Made by a program: the position numbers and the translations under genes | The notes under the pieces: model-generated | Seen by the model: only the letters and a program-made list of their open reading frames with translations | Told to the model about the DNA's origin: nothing | Database searches by the model: none | Shown: positions 10,352 through 20,486 of the stretch, piece by piece | Position numbering within the stretch: the stretch's first letter is position 1 | Layout: each line of letters opens with the position of its first letter | Origin: Syntrophaceae bacterium UBA4767 | GTDB lineage: Bacteria; Desulfobacterota; Syntrophia; Syntrophales; UBA4767 | Direction of reading: 5' to 3' | Assembly: GCA_002403385.1 (NCBI GenBank) | Contig: DHHR01000035.1 | Span: 15,795 to 66,483 of the forward strand | Length of the DNA stretch: 50,689 nt

Positions 10352-11605
10352 TTAGCTCAAGTTTCGCGGCTTGAGATATCCTGCGGTGATTAGCAGACCG
10401 ATGGCCGCCACCGCAGTGAATGCCGCACCAGCCATAAACGTGGCCGATGGACCGAGAAAAGTCCACAAAAAACCCGCAATAACACTAGCCAATAGCAGCA
10501 CGCCACCGCTTATGAGGTTGAATATCCCAAAACCTGTGCCTAACAGCTCCACAGGGGCGGTGTCCGCAACAAGTTTCGAGAGCAAACCTTGCGTAAAGGC
10601 CATGTGTAACCCCCATAGCCCGGCTCCCACAAACACAATCAGCGGTGATGCAGCGAAGGCAAGCATAATATCCGCGGCAATCAACAAAGCCAGCCCGATA
10701 GTTAACAATGTGCGTCGGCTGATGTGATCCGCGGCAGCTCCTGCCGGATAAGCAGCTCCTGCGTAAAAAGCGTTCATTACAATCATAACGATAGGTACGT
10801 AGTTAAGCTCAAGCCCGACATCCTGGGCGCGTAACACCAAAAAAGCTTCGCTGAAACGGGCCAACGTAAAAACAGCTCCCAGCAGCACAACGAACCAGTA
10901 ACGCAATGGAAGACCTTTGGCATAAGCAACGGTGAGCGGCGCCTCACCTAGGACGTTTGCGTTTGTATGTTCTGGCTCACGCACATATGCAAACAGCACC
11001 GAAACCGCGATGAAAGCCGGCAGCACAGCAACCCACATTACAGTTCTAATATCACCAGCAAACCAGATCATGAATGCCACCGCCAGTAGCGGGCCGATCA
11101 ACGCCCCCACTGAATCGAGCGCCTGACGAAGTCCATAGGCTGCGCCTCGCAATTGTAGCGGCGTCATGTCAGCTATCAGCGCATCACGTGGCGCGCCGCG
11201 GATGCCTTTGCCAAGACGGTCAATGAAACGTGCTGAGAACACCCAGTTAATAGAATTAGCCAGCGGAAAAATCGGTTTGGTGAACGCAGCGAGCGCATAA
11301 CCCAGAATCATCAAAAATTTGCGCTTGCCTAGATAATCACTGAGCACGCCTGAAAAGACTTTCAATGCTGCGGCGGTCGCTTCTGCAACCCCCTCTATGA
11401 CACCAACCGTAATCATGGAAGCGCCCAGTGTCGTAACCATGAAGACCGGAAGCAGACTGTGTATCAGCTCCGATGAGGCGTCCATAAACAGGGACCCCAA
11501 TCCCAATGCCCAAATGCCGGTGGGCAGTGCCCTCCATCCTCTAATCATCGAAGTCAACAAAAACATCCTCATGAGCCGTTTAAAATAATTGCCGCAGATA
11601 TCCAC
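10352..11605 (-). CDS. MFS transporter (start uncertain)
   Basis: About 12 hydrophobic segments; GVLSDYLGKRK motif A; DRLGKGIRGAPRDA. Confidence 0.9.
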   Translation of the reverse strand: MDICGNYFKRLMRMFLLTSMIRGWRALPTGIWALGLGSLFMDASSELIHSLLPVFMVTTLGASMITVGVIEGVAEATAAALKVFSGVLSDYLGKRKFLMILGYALAAFTKPIFPLANSINWVFSARFIDRLGKGIRGAPRDALIADMTPLQLRGAAYGLRQALDSVGALIGPLLAVAFMIWFAGDIRTVMWVAVLPAFIAVSVLFAYVREPEHTNANVLGEAPLTVAYAKGLPLRYWFVVLLGAVFTLARFSEAFLVLRAQDVGLELNYVPIVMIVMNAFYAGAAYPAGAAADHISRRTLLTIGLALLIAADIMLAFAASPLIVFVGAGLWGLHMAFTQGLLSKLVADTAPVELLGTGFGIFNLISGGVLLLASVIAGFLWTFLGPSATFMAGAAFTAVAAIGLLITAGYLKPRNLS

Positions 11606-11608
11606 ATA

Positions 11609-12391
11609 TCAGCTTTTATCGAACAGGATTTGGGCATGTTCCTCTATTGTCTTGACAAGCAACTCAATGTCCTTTTTCAGGATAGTATCTTTCAATTCCG
11701 CCAATATTTCTTCATAATAATGAATAACTTTAATGATACCTGGGTTCAAATTCAGTATCTCGGCGTAGAGCCGCGGGTTATGGCAGAATACTTTTTCCAC
11801 GACATCCAGCTTACTCTGCAACATCGGCGTGGTAAACGCTTCCAGAGCCGATATTTTAACTCCCATTTTCCCTAAAACCAAACCCATTGCAATGGTATTG
11901 AGATGGGTAAGTCCCTGCACGACAGCCATAATGGCATCATGTTGTTCGGGTGTTGTTTCCAACACTAAAGCCCCCCTTTTTTCGAATAGTTCGTTGAGCC
12001 ATGTCCGCCATTTGTCGGCTCTGGCAGGACACAAAACGATGTGAAGCCCTCTTATATCCTTCACCTGAGGGCCAAAGAGGGGATGGCATCCGATCACTTC
12101 CGAAACGGAATTTTCCATCATGGTTTTCACCGATTCTACCTTCAAAGATGTGAGGTCCATAAGCAGCGATTTTTCCCTCATATACGGTGAAATCTGTTTG
12201 ATAACCGATATGGTGACGGTAATGGGCACACTGACAACAACTACACGGCACCGTTCGGCCATTTCCTCCATGCCCGGTCCGGAACGCCTGCCGGATACAC
12301 AGACTTTATATCCCTCGTCATGGAGGAAATCGGCAAACCACCGCCCCATACCGCCCGTTCCACCGATAATTCCTATTTCGAAATCTCTCAT
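11609..12391 (-). CDS. tyrA: Prephenate/arogenate dehydrogenase
   Basis: GIIGGTGGMG Rossmann fold, DLTSLK, HPLFGP, HD...VQGLTH. Confidence 0.92.
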   Translation of the reverse strand: MRDFEIGIIGGTGGMGRWFADFLHDEGYKVCVSGRRSGPGMEEMAERCRVVVVSVPITVTISVIKQISPYMREKSLLMDLTSLKVESVKTMMENSVSEVIGCHPLFGPQVKDIRGLHIVLCPARADKWRTWLNELFEKRGALVLETTPEQHDAIMAVVQGLTHLNTIAMGLVLGKMGVKISALEAFTTPMLQSKLDVVEKVFCHNPRLYAEILNLNPGIIKVIHYYEEILAELKDTILKKDIELLVKTIEEHAQILFDKS

Positions 12392-13452
12392 TCTCTCACC
12401 GCCTTCTGCCGCAACAAATGATCGGCCAGGACCAGATTGACCATTGCTTCGCAGACGGGAACGATTCTGGGGATGACGGAAACATCATGTCTTCCTCCAA
12501 TGGATATTTCTACAGGATTTCCGGTGACATCGATAGTTTTCTGTATTTTGGCAATGGAAGCAATAGGTTTGCAGGCCACACGGATAATGATCTTATCGCC
12601 ATTGGTAATTCCGGCTAGAATGCCGCCTGCCCGGTTGGAGGCAAATCCGTCCGGCGTTATCGGATCGTTGGCTTCGCTTCCCGTCATTGATGCAATAGAA
12701 AATCCCGCGCCAATCTCTACTCCTTTGACGGTTCCGATACTCATCAGCGCTTTTGCCAGGTCTGCCTCCATCTTGTCAAATATTGGCTCGCCAAGACCGG
12801 CAGGACACCCATTGACAACAACCTCTACAATGCCTCCCAGTGAATCCCCTTGAAGCCTTGCCTGCTCCAGTTTCTTCTCCATCGTTGATGCGACACTGGG
12901 ATTGGGACACATGAGCCAATGGGCATTTACTGCCTCCCGACAGATTTCGTGAATGGCGTCCATTGCAATACCGCCCAACGCCTTTGTGTAGGCAATAACT
13001 TCCATGCCGCTTCTTGCTGTCACTTTCGCGGCTACCGCGCCGGCTGCCACACGGGCAGCGGTTTCACGTCCAGAAGCGCGACCCCCTCCCCGATGATCAC
13101 GTATGCCGTATTTTTTATAGTAAGTAATGTCTCCATGGCCGGGCCTAAAGACGTCCTTGAGGGTATCATAAGCCTTGCTGTCAGCATCCTTGTTATATAT
13201 GATTAACGAGATAGGCGTTCCTGTCGTTCTGCCTTCAAATATTCCGGATAGAACCTCCACACGGTCATCTTCCCTTCTTGATGAAGCTGATGGTCCCTGG
13301 GCGGGTTTTCTCCTGTCCAGCGCTTCCTGTATATCTGCCTGTGCCAAATCAATATTGGGAGGACATCCATCTATGACCACGCCAATTGCCGGTCCATGAG
13401 ATTCTCCCCATGTGGTGACCTTGAAAATAACACCAAAGGAATTTCCTGACAT
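12388..13452 (-). CDS. aroC: Chorismate synthase
   Basis: TTWGESHG, RPGHGD, RGGGRASGRET, GRHD. Confidence 0.97.
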   Translation of the reverse strand: MSGNSFGVIFKVTTWGESHGPAIGVVIDGCPPNIDLAQADIQEALDRRKPAQGPSASSRREDDRVEVLSGIFEGRTTGTPISLIIYNKDADSKAYDTLKDVFRPGHGDITYYKKYGIRDHRGGGRASGRETAARVAAGAVAAKVTARSGMEVIAYTKALGGIAMDAIHEICREAVNAHWLMCPNPSVASTMEKKLEQARLQGDSLGGIVEVVVNGCPAGLGEPIFDKMEADLAKALMSIGTVKGVEIGAGFSIASMTGSEANDPITPDGFASNRAGGILAGITNGDKIIIRVACKPIASIAKIQKTIDVTGNPVEISIGGRHDVSVIPRIVPVCEAMVNLVLADHLLRQKAVRE

Positions 13453-13473
13453 CTACATGCCTCCAGTTGCAGT

Positions 13474-14010
13474 CTATACTGCACTCCTCCTGGCGTTATT
13501 CTCCCAGAATTGACAGATGTCATCCACAATTTCCTTGATCGTAAGCGAACTCGTATCTATGGAAAAATCAGCCCACCGTCGATAAACCGGTGTTCGCAAG
13601 GCCAAAGTCCTTTTGGTCTCCGCAACAACATCTTCATTTGAGAGCGCCGGCCGCCTTTGCTGGCTTGACGGATCGGAGCACATTCTTTTGATGACAATCT
13701 GTTCATCCGCAAGAAGCCAGATGAACAACCCATTTTTCTTCAGGGCAATGGCATTTTCTTCATCCATGACGGCCCCACCACCAGTGGCAATGATACTATT
13801 TTGGTAATTAGCAAGCTTAAGAATGGCCGTTTTTTCTTTTTGGCGGAAAAAATCCCAACCGCACTCTGACACCATCTGATGAATGGACATGGCCGTATCT
13901 TTTTCAATCACGACATCCGCATCATAAAAAGGCATCTTTAACCGCCGGGACAATTCGCAGCCCACAGAAGTTTTGCCTGTGCAGCGATACCCAATCAAGA
14001 CGATATTCAT
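13474..14010 (-). CDS. aroK: Shikimate kinase
   Basis: MNIVLIGYRCTGKT P-loop, ATGGG, RP; ATG overlaps the aroA stop (ATGA). Confidence 0.93.
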   Translation of the reverse strand: MNIVLIGYRCTGKTSVGCELSRRLKMPFYDADVVIEKDTAMSIHQMVSECGWDFFRQKEKTAILKLANYQNSIIATGGGAVMDEENAIALKKNGLFIWLLADEQIVIKRMCSDPSSQQRRPALSNEDVVAETKRTLALRTPVYRRWADFSIDTSSLTIKEIVDDICQFWENNARRSAV

Positions 14011-15263
14011 AACTCTTTCAATGCTTCCCAGAAACCTGGAAATGACTTTTGGACACATTTTTCATTCTTTATTTTCATCCCGTCTGCCACTAACCCTGCA
14101 ATGGCAAAGCTCATGGCGATACGATGGTCGTTATAAGTTTCTATCTCGGCGCCATGAGGATGCCCACCGTTAATGATAAGACCGTCTTTAGTTTCTTCTG
14201 CCTCAATGCCAATCCGTTTCAATTCAGTGGCCAGCGCAAACAATCGGTTGCTTTCCTTAAGCCGTAGGTGAGACGCATTTTTAATAACCGTCCGGCCCTG
14301 ACGAAAAGCAGCCAGAACAGCCACGCCAGGAACCATATCGGGCATGTTGCCCATATCAATCATATATTCGCCTCCGTGTAAAGCGCCACCTGTTAATTCA
14401 ACCCAATTTGCGCCATACCGCGCCGAACAACCGAGATCTTTCATGATCTCGATTATCCCGATATCTCCCTGAATTGTTTCAGGATTTATATTCAAGACCC
14501 GGATGCGCCCTCCAGACAGCGCGGCAGCCAGAAAAAAATATGAAGCGCTGGAAACATCGCCTTCAATCATATATTCACGGCCGACATACCGTTGTCCCCC
14601 TTTTACGTGGCAACACCCGTCGGCGGTTTTCTCCGGTTTTACCCCGAAATCTCTCATAACCTTCAGGGTCATATCAATGTAGGGTTCGGATACTTTCCTG
14701 CCTTCCAACCGTATCTTGACCCCTCTTCGACTGTAGGGAGCGCTGATCAGCAATGACGAAACATACTGCGAACTTTCAATGTCGCTTAAGGTTACGATTC
14801 CTCCTTCTATGCCGGCGGCTACGATAGCAACCGGAGGATAACCGGTATTTTTTTCGGAAACCGACACACCCAAGGTTCGTAGCGCATCCAATAGCGGCTT
14901 TACAGGCCTTTCACACAACCGCTTATCGCCTGTAAGAACAAAACTTCCCTGGCCCAAACAAACTAACGACGTTAAAAATCTGAGCGCCGTGCCATTGTTT
15001 CCCAGAAACAGCGCCTTCGATGGATTTTTAAGGATGCCTTCCGTTCCTGTCACCGATACGTCATTTCCTGAAATAGAAATTTTTGCGCCCAATGCGGAGA
15101 GACCATCAATAAGATAACAGGTGTCCTCCGATATAAGTGTATTGTGCAGGCATGACTTACCGTCTGCTAAAGCGGCAATAACCAACGCCCTCTGGCTATA
15201 GCTTTTTGAGCCAGGCGCCGATACCGCTGCGTTTAAATTACGAATGGGAGCAATCTCAAGCAT
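14007..15263 (-). CDS. aroA: EPSP synthase
   Basis: PGSKS, GNNGTALRF, SSQY, KESNR, DHRIAM. Confidence 0.97.
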   Translation of the reverse strand: MLEIAPIRNLNAAVSAPGSKSYSQRALVIAALADGKSCLHNTLISEDTCYLIDGLSALGAKISISGNDVSVTGTEGILKNPSKALFLGNNGTALRFLTSLVCLGQGSFVLTGDKRLCERPVKPLLDALRTLGVSVSEKNTGYPPVAIVAAGIEGGIVTLSDIESSQYVSSLLISAPYSRRGVKIRLEGRKVSEPYIDMTLKVMRDFGVKPEKTADGCCHVKGGQRYVGREYMIEGDVSSASYFFLAAALSGGRIRVLNINPETIQGDIGIIEIMKDLGCSARYGANWVELTGGALHGGEYMIDMGNMPDMVPGVAVLAAFRQGRTVIKNASHLRLKESNRLFALATELKRIGIEAEETKDGLIINGGHPHGAEIETYNDHRIAMSFAIAGLVADGMKIKNEKCVQKSFPGFWEALKEL

Positions 15264-16823
15264 CTAAGCGGCTCCAAGTCTTTCAAGAACAACCTTGCGC
15301 ATGATTGAACGAGGCGGCTCCTGTCCGGTCCACAGTTTGAATTGCTCAGCGCCCTGATGCACAAACATATCAACCCCGGATAGAATAAGACAGCCGGCCT
15401 TTTCAGCATCGAGGAGCAATTTTGTCTTCAGAGGATTGTAAATGACATCCATCACCAGCTGATAATTTTTGAGCAGTCGGGGAGGAACCAGCGAATCTCC
15501 AATAGCAGGGGACATGCCGACCGGTGTTGCATTAATGAGAGCATCTGCCTTGAGAGCCTCGATGCTTTCCAGAGGATAACATTCACAGTTGAATTCCTGA
15601 GCCAAGCGCTCAGCCTCCTCCGATATGTTGTAAACAACCATTGGTGTGGCTCCTTCATTCAATATGCCAAACACCGCCGCTCTTGCCGCTCCCCCTGCAC
15701 CCAGAATGATTATTCTTTTCCCCTCAATGTCCATGGCTGTTTTCAATGCCGAAACAAGGCCTTGCCAGTCTGTGTTGAATCCTGTCAAAAGGCCGGCAGT
15801 ATTGACGATTGTGTTGACCGCTCCAATTTTTAAGGCGTCCGGGTGGATCTTATCCAGACAGGGCATAACCGAAACCTTAAAGGGAATGGTTACACTGGCC
15901 CCTCCGATATCCAGCCCCCTGATTCCGGATACTGCTGAAGCGATATCCTTTACGCAAAAGGACAGATACCGACCGTTGATACGCAAAGCTCTAAATGCAG
16001 CGTTGTGCATGGCAGGTGAAAGGCTGTGCTCAACAGGATTGCCCAAAAGGGCGAATACCTTAGGATGATCTTTACGAAGGCTCTTGTTTTTGGCGATAGG
16101 GCGCTTGAACACCTCCATGATTTGAAACATTTGTTCGGCGGTAAGCTGTCCCGGAGCAGATTCTGCCCCATATCGACTTGATGCAAAAGTCAAGTAAGAA
16201 CCTAGAACTGGCGCCGCGACCCTGCTGATTTTTCCCTCATCGCCCATGCAAAAGGCGATTATTTTCTTTTCTTGTTTCCGAGCATGGGCAATAAGATCGA
16301 AAATCCTTATATTATCGTCAGGCTCCAACGCGGTAGCGACAATCTTTACGACGGATGCCCCCGCCTTAACGCAGCGCTGAAAAATATCACGAAGTTTTCG
16401 GATCGATGGCGTTGCCTGAAAATCGTGATGAGAAATAATTAATTTGGTTTTGTCGCCATGTTTGTGTATCGCCGAAATCAATTCCGCAATGAGAACATGA
16501 TCGGCGCTTAACTCAATATCAACATAGTCCACATCATATTTAACGGCATCCTTCAAAACATCGACTCGTTGCCTTTCTTCCCCCGGGGAAATATTTCCCT
16601 CCGTATGCCTGTCGGGAAGGCCGCCGCCTTCCGTTTTTTTTCTGTTTGTAACGATGATTTTCGGCGGCAAGTCAAAAGCACGGCACTTGGCAATCAACGC
16701 GGGCAAGTTCGCGTCCTGGATTAAATCCATCCGCAATTCAAGAACATCCGCCAGGTGTATGTTTTTTTCTATCTCACATAATGCTTCAGCTTGTGTGTGA
16801 GCTGTAATGGGAATACAAATCAT
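15264..16823 (-). CDS. aroE: Bifunctional type I 3-dehydroquinate dehydratase / shikimate dehydrogenase (AroD-AroE fusion)
   Basis: N-terminal ELRMD, ISHHDF, MG..G..SR, APGQ; C-terminal HSLSP, VTIPFK, GAVNT, NTD, GAGGAARA. Confidence 0.92.
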   Translation of the reverse strand: MICIPITAHTQAEALCEIEKNIHLADVLELRMDLIQDANLPALIAKCRAFDLPPKIIVTNRKKTEGGGLPDRHTEGNISPGEERQRVDVLKDAVKYDVDYVDIELSADHVLIAELISAIHKHGDKTKLIISHHDFQATPSIRKLRDIFQRCVKAGASVVKIVATALEPDDNIRIFDLIAHARKQEKKIIAFCMGDEGKISRVAAPVLGSYLTFASSRYGAESAPGQLTAEQMFQIMEVFKRPIAKNKSLRKDHPKVFALLGNPVEHSLSPAMHNAAFRALRINGRYLSFCVKDIASAVSGIRGLDIGGASVTIPFKVSVMPCLDKIHPDALKIGAVNTIVNTAGLLTGFNTDWQGLVSALKTAMDIEGKRIIILGAGGAARAAVFGILNEGATPMVVYNISEEAERLAQEFNCECYPLESIEALKADALINATPVGMSPAIGDSLVPPRLLKNYQLVMDVIYNPLKTKLLLDAEKAGCLILSGVDMFVHQGAEQFKLWTGQEPPRSIMRKVVLERLGAA

Positions 16824-17905
16824 TATGCCGCCCCCTCACCCCATGGATATGATCCTAAAATTTTCAAAAAGGTGGTTTTCTGTTGCAGTTCTTTTAAACA
16901 TTCCCGGATTTTTAAGTCTTTCTGGTGCCCGGACACATCTACAAAGAACAGATAATCCCATGTTTTTTCCTTCACCGGATATGACTCTATTTTGAGCAGA
17001 TTAATGTCTCGTTCGGCAAAAGGCGCCAGCGCCCGGCAGAGCGCCCCCGGTGAATGGGGCGTCGCAAAGAGCATCGACATCTTATCCTTGCCCGTAGTCG
17101 TGTTCTCTCCTTTTCCGATAACAAGAAACCTTGTGGTGTTCGAGGGATTATCTTCGATGCCTTCTGAAAGCACATTCAAACCATAAGCGGTTGCAGCCAG
17201 ACGACTGCCGATGGCGGCGCTGTGCTTGTCTCCTAAAACAGCATGGGCGGCTGAAGCTGTGCTTTCCGTCTCAATAAGGCTGCCGGCGGGAAGGTTCGCG
17301 CGAAGCCAAGATTGACATTGGGCAAAAGCCTGGGGATGGGAATAAATCTTCGAGATTGCCTCCAATTTGTCCCCTGATGACAGTAAACAGTGACTGATCT
17401 TCAAAAATATCTCCGCGCGTATTTTCAGCGGCGTCAGTATGAGTCGGTCAAGCGTCAGATTGACGGATCCCTCCAGTGAATTTTCCACCGGCACAACACC
17501 CCATTGCACCTTTCCTCTCTCTATTTCATCAAAAACGCGAAAAACATTGGCCTGCGGGAAAAACCGTGCGCTTGTCCCAAAGTGGGACAGCGCGGCCATG
17601 TGAGCGAAGGAGGCCTCGGGTCCTAGGTGCGCGACGGTGATAGGGCTTTGCAATTCGCGCGAAATGGAGATAATCTCCCGGAAAATAGCCTTCAAAGCTC
17701 TTGTAGGCAGAAGCCCTTTATTTTTCTTTTCCAGATATGCGTACACCTTTGCTTCCTGGGCCGGGTCATAGATGTTCAAGCCATGCTCTTGTTTCAACTT
17801 TCCTATTGCAACAGAAATTTTCGCCCTCTCTTCGAAAAGAGATATAATCCGCTCATCGATCTTTTCCAGCTCACTTCGGAGATGTTTTAGTTCGGTTTTT
17901 GTCAT
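16823..17905 (-). CDS. pheA: Chorismate mutase / prephenate dehydratase
   Basis: AroQ domain, LGPEAS, PVENS, NTTRF, ACT domain IESYP. Confidence 0.95.
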   Translation of the reverse strand: MTKTELKHLRSELEKIDERIISLFEERAKISVAIGKLKQEHGLNIYDPAQEAKVYAYLEKKNKGLLPTRALKAIFREIISISRELQSPITVAHLGPEASFAHMAALSHFGTSARFFPQANVFRVFDEIERGKVQWGVVPVENSLEGSVNLTLDRLILTPLKIRAEIFLKISHCLLSSGDKLEAISKIYSHPQAFAQCQSWLRANLPAGSLIETESTASAAHAVLGDKHSAAIGSRLAATAYGLNVLSEGIEDNPSNTTRFLVIGKGENTTTGKDKMSMLFATPHSPGALCRALAPFAERDINLLKIESYPVKEKTWDYLFFVDVSGHQKDLKIRECLKELQQKTTFLKILGSYPWGEGAA

Positions 17906-18996
17906 CGTTTGATCTCCTCAATTGTCTCACGTATAATCGCTTCCGGCACCTCACTGTTTACAAAGGGCATTCCAATTCTTTTGAGCAAAACAAAATTGAT
18001 TTTATCTCCTTCTTTTTTTTTGTCCATTTTTAACCTTTCAACAATCTCATCTGTCCTGATGGTTAAGGAAAGATAGCGCGGCAGACCGAAGACGTCAATC
18101 AACCGCCATATTCGCTCACGTTCACCAATCGAAAATCCACATAACTTTCCTGACATTCGAACAGCAGCCGCCATGCCTATTGCAACGGCGTTGCCGTGGG
18201 ATATTGTATATCCCGATGCCGCCTCAACGGCGTGACCGACAGTATGGCCGAAATTAAGTATCCGGCGAATTCCACGATCTTTTTCGTCAATTTCCACGAT
18301 CTTTTTCTTAAATCGGCATGAATGCTCAACAACAGCCGAAAGCACATCCCTATCCTGTTTTTTTATCGCATCTGCTTTCTGCTCAAGAGTTTCAAAAAAT
18401 TTTAGATTGTCAATAATACCATATTTAATGATCTCGGCGAGTCCATTATTAAATTCTGTATTGGGAAGGGTCTCCAAAAATTTTAAATCCACGAAAACAG
18501 CCTTTGGCTGATGAAAAGCGCCCAGCAGATTCTTCCCATCAGGAAGATCCACGGCTGTTTTGCCTCCAATACTGCTGTCCACCTGGGCCATCAATGTCGT
18601 AGGGATTTGAATATACGGCACGGATCGCATATAAACTGAGGCAATAAATCCCACGAGATCTCCTGCCACGCCACCGCCTAAGGCGATGAGAATCGCGTCC
18701 CGATCTACGCCAAGTTTTAACATTTGTCCCACAACGCTAAGAACCGTCTGGATATTCTTCGAAGTCTCCCCGGCCTGAAACTCAATCAATGTTGTATTCA
18801 GCCCTAGGTTTTGAAATATGCCCAAAACAACCCCGCCGTATAATCGGGAAACATTAGAGTCCGTAATAAGGACATAATGACTTGCCTTATGGTTTTCTGC
18901 AATGATCAAGCCTACCTGATCAATCACATTGTAACCGATGCAAATGTCGTATGACAGCGATATTTTCTTATTCAAGTTAAGCTTTACCTTTTTCAT
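17902..18996 (-). CDS. aroB: 3-dehydroquinate synthase
   Basis: LGGGVAGD, PTTLMAQVDSSIGGKT, LNFGHTVGHA. Confidence 0.96.
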   Translation of the reverse strand: MKKVKLNLNKKISLSYDICIGYNVIDQVGLIIAENHKASHYVLITDSNVSRLYGGVVLGIFQNLGLNTTLIEFQAGETSKNIQTVLSVVGQMLKLGVDRDAILIALGGGVAGDLVGFIASVYMRSVPYIQIPTTLMAQVDSSIGGKTAVDLPDGKNLLGAFHQPKAVFVDLKFLETLPNTEFNNGLAEIIKYGIIDNLKFFETLEQKADAIKKQDRDVLSAVVEHSCRFKKKIVEIDEKDRGIRRILNFGHTVGHAVEAASGYTISHGNAVAIGMAAAVRMSGKLCGFSIGERERIWRLIDVFGLPRYLSLTIRTDEIVERLKMDKKKEGDKINFVLLKRIGMPFVNSEVPEAIIRETIEEIKR

Positions 18997-20015
18997 GCGT
19001 TGTTCTCCCACTTTATGGCAGTCTCCAGCTTTCTGATCTCTTCCATAAGCTGATAGAATTTCTCCGGCTTCAGTGATTGTAAGCCATCGGAAACGGCCTT
19101 TTGCGGTTCAGGATGAACTTCTATGATAATCCCATCGGCCCCCACGGCAAGGGCTGCCTTACTCAGGGGCAGAACATAGCGCCAGTTGCCTGCTGCATGA
19201 GACGGATCCACAATCACGGGGAGATGTGTCAGTTCTTTCAATACGGGGACGGCGCTGATGTCAAGAGTGTTGCGTGTGATCGTTTCAAAGGTTCTAATGC
19301 CACGCTCGCATAAAATAACCTGATCATTTCCTTCAGAAAGGATATATTCTGCCGACATGAGAAGCTCCTCGATAGCGGTTGACATCCCCCGCTTGAGCAA
19401 AACAGGTTTTTTTGACTTGCCTACTTTTTTCAAAAGGGCAAAGTTTTGAACATTTCTTGCTCCTATTTGAATAACATCAGCATACTTCTCCACCAGATCA
19501 ACATCCGCCGGATTAATGACCTCCGTAACAACCGGCAGACCTGTGGCTGCCCTGGCTTTTTCCAACAGCTTCAATCCCTCTTCTCCCATTCCCTGAAAAC
19601 TGTAAGGCGACGTTCTCGGCTTATAAGCCCCCCCGCGGATAATTTGGGCGCCTCCTTTTTTTACAATGTAGGCGCTTTCCAGCATTTGTTCTTCCGATTC
19701 GATGGAGCAAGGCCCTGCCATGACGATAAATTGATTACCGCCGATTATGACGCCATTGATATCAATAACGGTGTTTCCCGCCTTCGTTTCCCGGCTGGCC
19801 AGCTTATACGGTTTTACGATGGGCATGGTTCTTTCAACCCCGGAAAGAGACTCAGCCAATCTCAAACATTCTTTGTCTTTACCTTCCCCGATTGCTCCGA
19901 TAATTGTCTGTTTAACTCCCTTGGATGGATGAGCCTTATATCCAATATCTTCGATCCATTGGATCACATTTTCAATTTGCCTCGCCGTTGCGTTCTTTTT
20001 CATTATGATAACCAA
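18993..20015 (-). CDS. aroF: DAHP synthase type I-beta with N-terminal regulatory domain
   Basis: [32 protein letters not shown]; TTG start 20015 after AAGGAGG. Confidence 0.95.
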   Translation of the reverse strand: MVIIMKKNATARQIENVIQWIEDIGYKAHPSKGVKQTIIGAIGEGKDKECLRLAESLSGVERTMPIVKPYKLASRETKAGNTVIDINGVIIGGNQFIVMAGPCSIESEEQMLESAYIVKKGGAQIIRGGAYKPRTSPYSFQGMGEEGLKLLEKARAATGLPVVTEVINPADVDLVEKYADVIQIGARNVQNFALLKKVGKSKKPVLLKRGMSTAIEELLMSAEYILSEGNDQVILCERGIRTFETITRNTLDISAVPVLKELTHLPVIVDPSHAAGNWRYVLPLSKAALAVGADGIIIEVHPEPQKAVSDGLQSLKPEKFYQLMEEIRKLETAIKWENNA

Positions 20016-20034
20016 TTTCCCCCTCCTTAGTAAC

Positions 20035-20119
20035 AAAAAAGCCATAATGGCTTTTGCCACCATGGCCCACGAACACATAAAAAAAGCCATGGGCGGCATT
20101 CTTGATATACCCATGGCTT
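20035..20119 (-). terminator. Two tandem terminator-like hairpins of the aro operon leader
   Basis: AAGCCATGGG-N16-CCCATGGCTT+TTTTT, then GCCATGGTGGC-AAAA-GCCATTATGGC+TTTTTT just before the aroF RBS. Confidence 0.8.
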
Positions 20120-20134
20120 AAGCTGCTTATTTAC

Positions 20135-20209
20135 CTACCTTAACTTGCTCCAAAGCGACGGGCAGACCAATGGAAAATAATAAAAGCCCCAAAAGCCTTT
20201 AAAGTTCAT
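20135..20209 (-). CDS. Putative attenuation leader peptide MNFKGFWGFYYFPLVCPSLWSKLR
   Basis: AGGGAG RBS; 24 codons with 8 aromatic residues (4F, 2W, 2Y); lies directly before the terminators and aroF. Confidence 0.8.
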   Translation of the reverse strand: MNFKGFWGFYYFPLVCPSLWSKLR

Positions 20210-20268
20210 ATTCTCCCTACGCAAGGCACTACCTATCATAAGTAATCCCCTTCTACTTTTGGTTAGAT

Positions 20269-20441
20269 GAGACCTTTGAAAAACGGCTCCTCACGTCATT
20301 CCGACGCGTCACCCCGATGAAAATCGGGGCGGAATCTATAACGGCTTGAAAACACTGGCTTCCCCCGTATCGAGTACGGGGCAGGCTCAAGTCAAGCACG
20401 GAATGACGGCAAGGCGATTTAATCACAAATTCAAAGGTCTC
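20269..20441 (+). mobile_element. MITE family A (173 bp), TSD TAGAT
   Basis: GAGACCTTTGAA...TTCAAAGGTCTC TIRs; near-identical to three other full copies. Confidence 0.92.
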
Positions 20442-20486
20442 TAGATAACCAAATTTGTCCGCACTTGTCAAGAAAAAATATTTTTC

